DNA of 64,000 nt, from assembly GCA_012295275.1 (NCBI GenBank), contig CM022675.1:11098001-11162000 (forward strand), read 5' to 3'. The notes below the pieces were generated by a model. That model searched no databases. It was not told the DNA's origin and saw nothing but the letters and a program-made list of their open reading frames with translations. Of this stretch, positions 59,133-64,000 are shown in pieces (position 1 is the first letter of the stretch; each line of letters opens with the position of its first letter). The translations under genes were made by a program, and so were the position numbers. The DNA is from Chrysomallon squamiferum. Lineage: Eukaryota > Animalia > Mollusca.

Positions 59133-59196
59133 ACTGACCCCGAGAATCGAACAGTGAGAGTTCTCAATGCGCCACTCGCTCGGTTCTACAGGGTAA
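59133..59196 (-). ncRNA. mir-10: mir-10 family pre-miRNA (Hox-cluster paralogue)
   Basis: 5p arm UUACCCUGUAGAACCGAGCGAGUG (59196-59173) shares UACCCUGUAGAACCGA with miR-10b-type sequences. It pairs along its length with the 3p arm CACUGUUCGAUUCUCGGGGUCAGU (59156-59133) around a 16-nt loop. The lower stem continues, and a CNNC motif (CGUC, 59116-59113) lies 17 nt downstream of the 3p end. Confidence 0.92.
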
Positions 59197-59315
59197 ATGC
59201 GGAATGAACGAGTCGGCTGTGAATTTACGTCCTGCTTTACGATCCAGAATTAAAACAGACGAGAGAAAAGTTATGTTTCAGCTGCTGCCGTCTCCCAGTA
59301 CACACACACACACGC

Positions 59316-59383
<68 letters not shown>

Positions 59384-60168
59384 ACAGACATACACATACA
59401 CATATACACACACACATACCTACATTTATACATTGAGTCAATTCTGTATCTGAATATCTCTTTCTCTCTCTCTGTCTCACTGCTACAGCTTCTATAACAT
59501 TGACAGCATAGTGCTAACGACGACAACAATATCAAATATTACCACTACTACTGCTACCAGAACAATAACAACAACAACAACAACAATAATAACAACAACA
59601 ACAATCACTACTGCTACTACTACCATTACTAATACTGCAATAATCACTGTATTTATTTAAACAAATAGTGTTTTATGTCCCTTGCATTATCTTTTTTAAA
59701 AATCCATTCATTCATTCATTGATTCATTCAGCAAGCCTTTCATTCATTTATTTGTTTCTTTGTTTATTAATTTGCGTATGAATTCATGGATACATTTTTT
59801 TTGTTTTGTTTTATAAATTATTTTTTCTATCATTTATTCCCGAAACATCCTGTATAGCAGTTAAATTTTCTTGAATGATATTAATGACTGCTCCAGAAAT
59901 AAAATATAAATTTTACTACTTTCTTTTTTCTCTCTTAAATTCTCCAGCATATAACTTTAATGCCTTAAGCAGATATTTTTTTTTTTTTTTTTTTTTTTTA
60001 AAAAAGAAGAGAAAAATATTCTCACCACTGGAACAAAAAATTTCATCTGAAAAAATTAAATTTTTTATTAGTAAAAATGATAACGACAACAACAGTTAAA
60101 ATAATTTGAAATAATTAAAAAGTAATTTATATATTTATTTATTTATTTATTTATTATACATTTATTTA

Positions 60169-60247
<79 letters not shown>

Positions 60248-60368
60248 CTAGTAGTAGTACTTCTAAAACCGCTATTATTTATTTATTTATTTATTTATAA
60301 TAAGATTCTAATTTTTGCATCTGTTTCATAATTATTACAACAAGAACTGCTATATCCTACAAAACAAG

Positions 60369-60400
<32 letters not shown>

Positions 60401-60930
60401 AAGAAAAACAAGAGCTTCAAAAAGATTTTAACCTAATCAGTCATAACACCAACCAAATTATTATTAATATTCTCTGGTGCTGTGGAAAATGGAATTATTA
60501 TATAACCGTGGGGTTCCTTACGGTCAAAGGCCTTCGTGCGAATTCAACCGTGAAAATCCGTCCCGGGTCGTTAGCGAAACTTTGTTATGAAATATGCATT
60601 GTTCCCGGGTCGCATTACTGTCATACGTCGATAATGTTTAATTAAAATGCAAGGTGTTTCCATTTAATGTGTTGGCTAATTAATGCAGACGTTCCATTAT
60701 TGCGCACTAGTAATGGCTGACTGGTTTATGTGCTGGTTTTGTCACCGTGTGCTCCAAAGGGTTAAATCGATATATATATATAACGGGTCGAATTGGTTGT
60801 TGTCGTTATTAATAGTAATATTGGTTTTGATTAATTTTTTTTTTTTTTTTTTTTTTTGTTCGGTTTATGTTTTTGGGGTTTTCTGGTTTTGTTAGATTTT
60901 TAAAAAATTATTTATTTATTTATTTATTTT

Positions 60931-60961
<31 letters not shown>

Positions 60962-60964
60962 TTA

Positions 60965-61065
<101 letters not shown>

Positions 61066-62030
61066 TTAATATTATTATTGTTATTATTATTATTATCAGC
61101 ATCATGAATATCATCATTATTTATTTATTTATTTTTATTATATTTATTTATTTATTTATTTTTATTCTTGTAACAGCCATTACTGCTGCTGTTGTTAATA
61201 TCAAATTATAATTTAATTTGTTTTAATACTTAAATATTATTGTTCATCGTTTTTATTGATTAATGATAATACTAGTCTATTTATTCAGTAGTGAGTTGGT
61301 TAAATATACAGAGAATTAACTACTAATTCATAGTTTCTTTTATGTTTTTCTGTCTGATGATTTAGCAGAACTGAAATGGCACATGACCTAAAATTTCTGA
61401 AAAGTTAAATAAATAAAAAGTAAGAAAAAGAAAAAAAGAAAAAAAAAAGAAACAAAGAATAAATAAATAAACAAAATAAAAAGAATTTAAAATTCTGTCA
61501 GTATTTTTACTCGGTCACACTGAGAATGAGTCCAGTTAGATATATAGATAGATAGATTTATTTATTTATTTATTTATTTATTTATTCTTTTTTTTTTTTT
61601 TTTTTTTTCTCTCCTATTTTTCCCCTTTCTGTTTTCTTTGGCTTCGCATTTTCTTTGAAACGCGGGCGATATTGTCAGCGTAGACAAAATTACGACAGTG
61701 GAAGATGGAAAGAATACTTGTTTCCAAGTGTAGAATTGCAAAAAGTCTTTGATCTGACATGGACAAAATGTAACAAACAGAAAGAGAAACATACACAACA
61801 AGACGCGAATGGAAATTCCATTCGTCGGTTAGTTACGTGGGGACGTTGTCAATCAACGCGGTTTGCTTGCGTCTGGCGCCCGAACAGAAACTTGTAAATT
61901 TCAAATGGCGGTTTCGTATTAAATGAGCGATTTTTGAAAGAAGCTTTCAGCGCGTGTTTTTCAAAAGGAACAGGAGAAACATCCACGCTAATAATATATC
62001 AAAGTCGATGCGACATACCAAAGATAAGTT

Positions 62031-62064
<34 letters not shown>

Positions 62065-62402
62065 CGTTGAAAACAGAAATAAAATACGTTATAGAAAGAA
62101 AAAAAAAAACACAAAAAAACATAGGTATTAATGAATAAACGACATTTTCACGTTTGTTTCATACGATAGTACTGGGGGAGCATGCATTAGAGAAATGTAA
62201 AATAAAATAAAATAAACAAACAACCAATCAAAAACAAATAATTGTAAAAAAAAGCCAGTGAATGAATGAATAAATAATTAAATAATTAAAGTTTATAAAT
62301 GTGTCAATTTAATAATAGTGAATGTAACAAAGATTCACTTAAAATTATTGATATTATTTTATAAATAATAATAATAATAATTTTAATAAAAATAATAATA
62401 AC

Positions 62403-62434
<32 letters not shown>

Positions 62435-63305
62435 TAATAATAAACAATAACAACAATAAAATATTAAATAAATAAATAAATAAACAAAAAACAAACAAAA
62501 AAATAAATGCTTCATTTTATAGAAAATAATTAAAATATTGTTGTAATGTTTAGTCATGTTCACAAGAATAATAACAAAACATTAACAACAACAACGACAG
62601 CAACAACAACAACAACAATATTAACAACGACATTACCAATAACTGTAGTGCATAACAAAACTAACAGTGGCAGCAGCAACAGCAGCAACAGCAGCAGCAA
62701 CAAATGAAATCGTTAATATGTTACACCACTTTTCTGATACGACTTTCAATATTAGCCGTTAAATCGCGCTAACGCAAACGTAAATGATTCTTTTAATTTA
62801 CTCCTGATTTATCATTCAATAAATAACCAATGACATTTTGAGCTAATGTCACCAGTTAATACGAGAGGCAAAACAACATTGATATTCTACACCTATAAAT
62901 TACAGGTGTCGCCTACGAACGCAAGCGTCAAACAGCAAATCTCAAGTTTGTTCGATACGCAAGGCGATCTTCTGCCTCGAGTTCGTTTCAGTGAAACAGG
63001 TGTCATTTTTCATTCTATTTTAATATTTTTTTTTTTTTTAATTTTCTTTTGTTTATTATAAATAAATGATAGCGATGTATGTGTATTTCACCTTGAATCT
63101 GGCTGAACGCTTAAGAGCTAAGAGTCAGAATTGATTAAGTATTTAGTAGAAAGCGTGAGAATAAAATTTTAATATTTTATTTTATTTTTTTAAATATAAA
63201 TTAGCGCATTCCATTAAGAAAATAATTTAAATTATACAAATATGTTTTTATCTTTATTAATATTATTTATATTATTATTATTATTATTATTATTACTGTT
63301 GTTAC

Positions 63306-63356
<51 letters not shown>

Positions 63357-63481
63357 CATTATTATTATTACTACTTGACTTGTTTATAACTTTTTACACA
63401 TATCTTATTATAAGTAAAAATATGAATATTTTTTCTTTCAGTTATATTATTTCTTATTTTAATTATTATTTAAAGCACCAA

Positions 63482-63526
<45 letters not shown>

Positions 63527-63583
63527 GACAAAAATTAGAATCAAAACAAAGAAATTTTTTTTTTTTTTAAATGAATGAATGAA

Positions 63584-63626
<43 letters not shown>

Positions 63627-63649
63627 AATAAAATATAATATAATATACT

Positions 63650-63688
<39 letters not shown>

Positions 63689-64000
63689 TTCTTTTAATTT
63701 TTCCCTACACCCCTTTCTCAATTCTACATTTTTACCCAACTTGTTACAAAATAGCTTCCACCACCACCTTCTTTTTTCTTTTTCTTTTTCTTTCTTTCTT
63801 TTTTTTTTTTTTATGAACGAGTAACAATTTTCAACCAGGGCATTTTTGGGCTTGTGCGTTGCGACTTCTTAAGCGAATTAAAATTGTAAAACGCATTCAG
63901 TGAAGGGAAATAGGTTTTCCTTTGAAGTTGCGACCGCGTCGAATAAATCACCTTATTTGAATACACCACTCTGAATAAATCGCTATTGAAGATTTAACAT

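Overview
AT-rich, microsatellite-dense animal genomic DNA from a lophotrochozoan Hox cluster, probably a mollusc (inference). The only supportable protein-coding gene is a two-exon central Hox gene on the minus strand with Lox4 signatures. Exon 1 CDS is 54901-54277 (MNSYF start, FYPWM hexapeptide), the phase-1 GT-AG intron is about 29.8 kb, and exon 2 CDS is 24427-24150 (homeodomain plus UbdA-like peptide), giving 300 aa. A mir-10-family pre-miRNA hairpin lies about 4.2 kb upstream on the same strand (59133-59196). Almost all other ORFs in the track are simple-repeat artefacts. The strongest unexplained signals are: (1) a repeated bipartite element in the putative Lox4 3'UTR (mRNA AGUGCU-N6-UGAAGUAG, core AUGAAGUA x6) shaped like target sites for a 22-nt small RNA I cannot name and did not find encoded here; (2) several perfect DR1 nuclear-receptor elements in the intron; (3) a ~124-bp, ~94% identical inverted repeat enclosing a unique island in the intron; (4) CTCF-like, TALE-CCAAT and Pbx-Hox motifs in non-repetitive islands. 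All motif work was by eye; no database searches were run.
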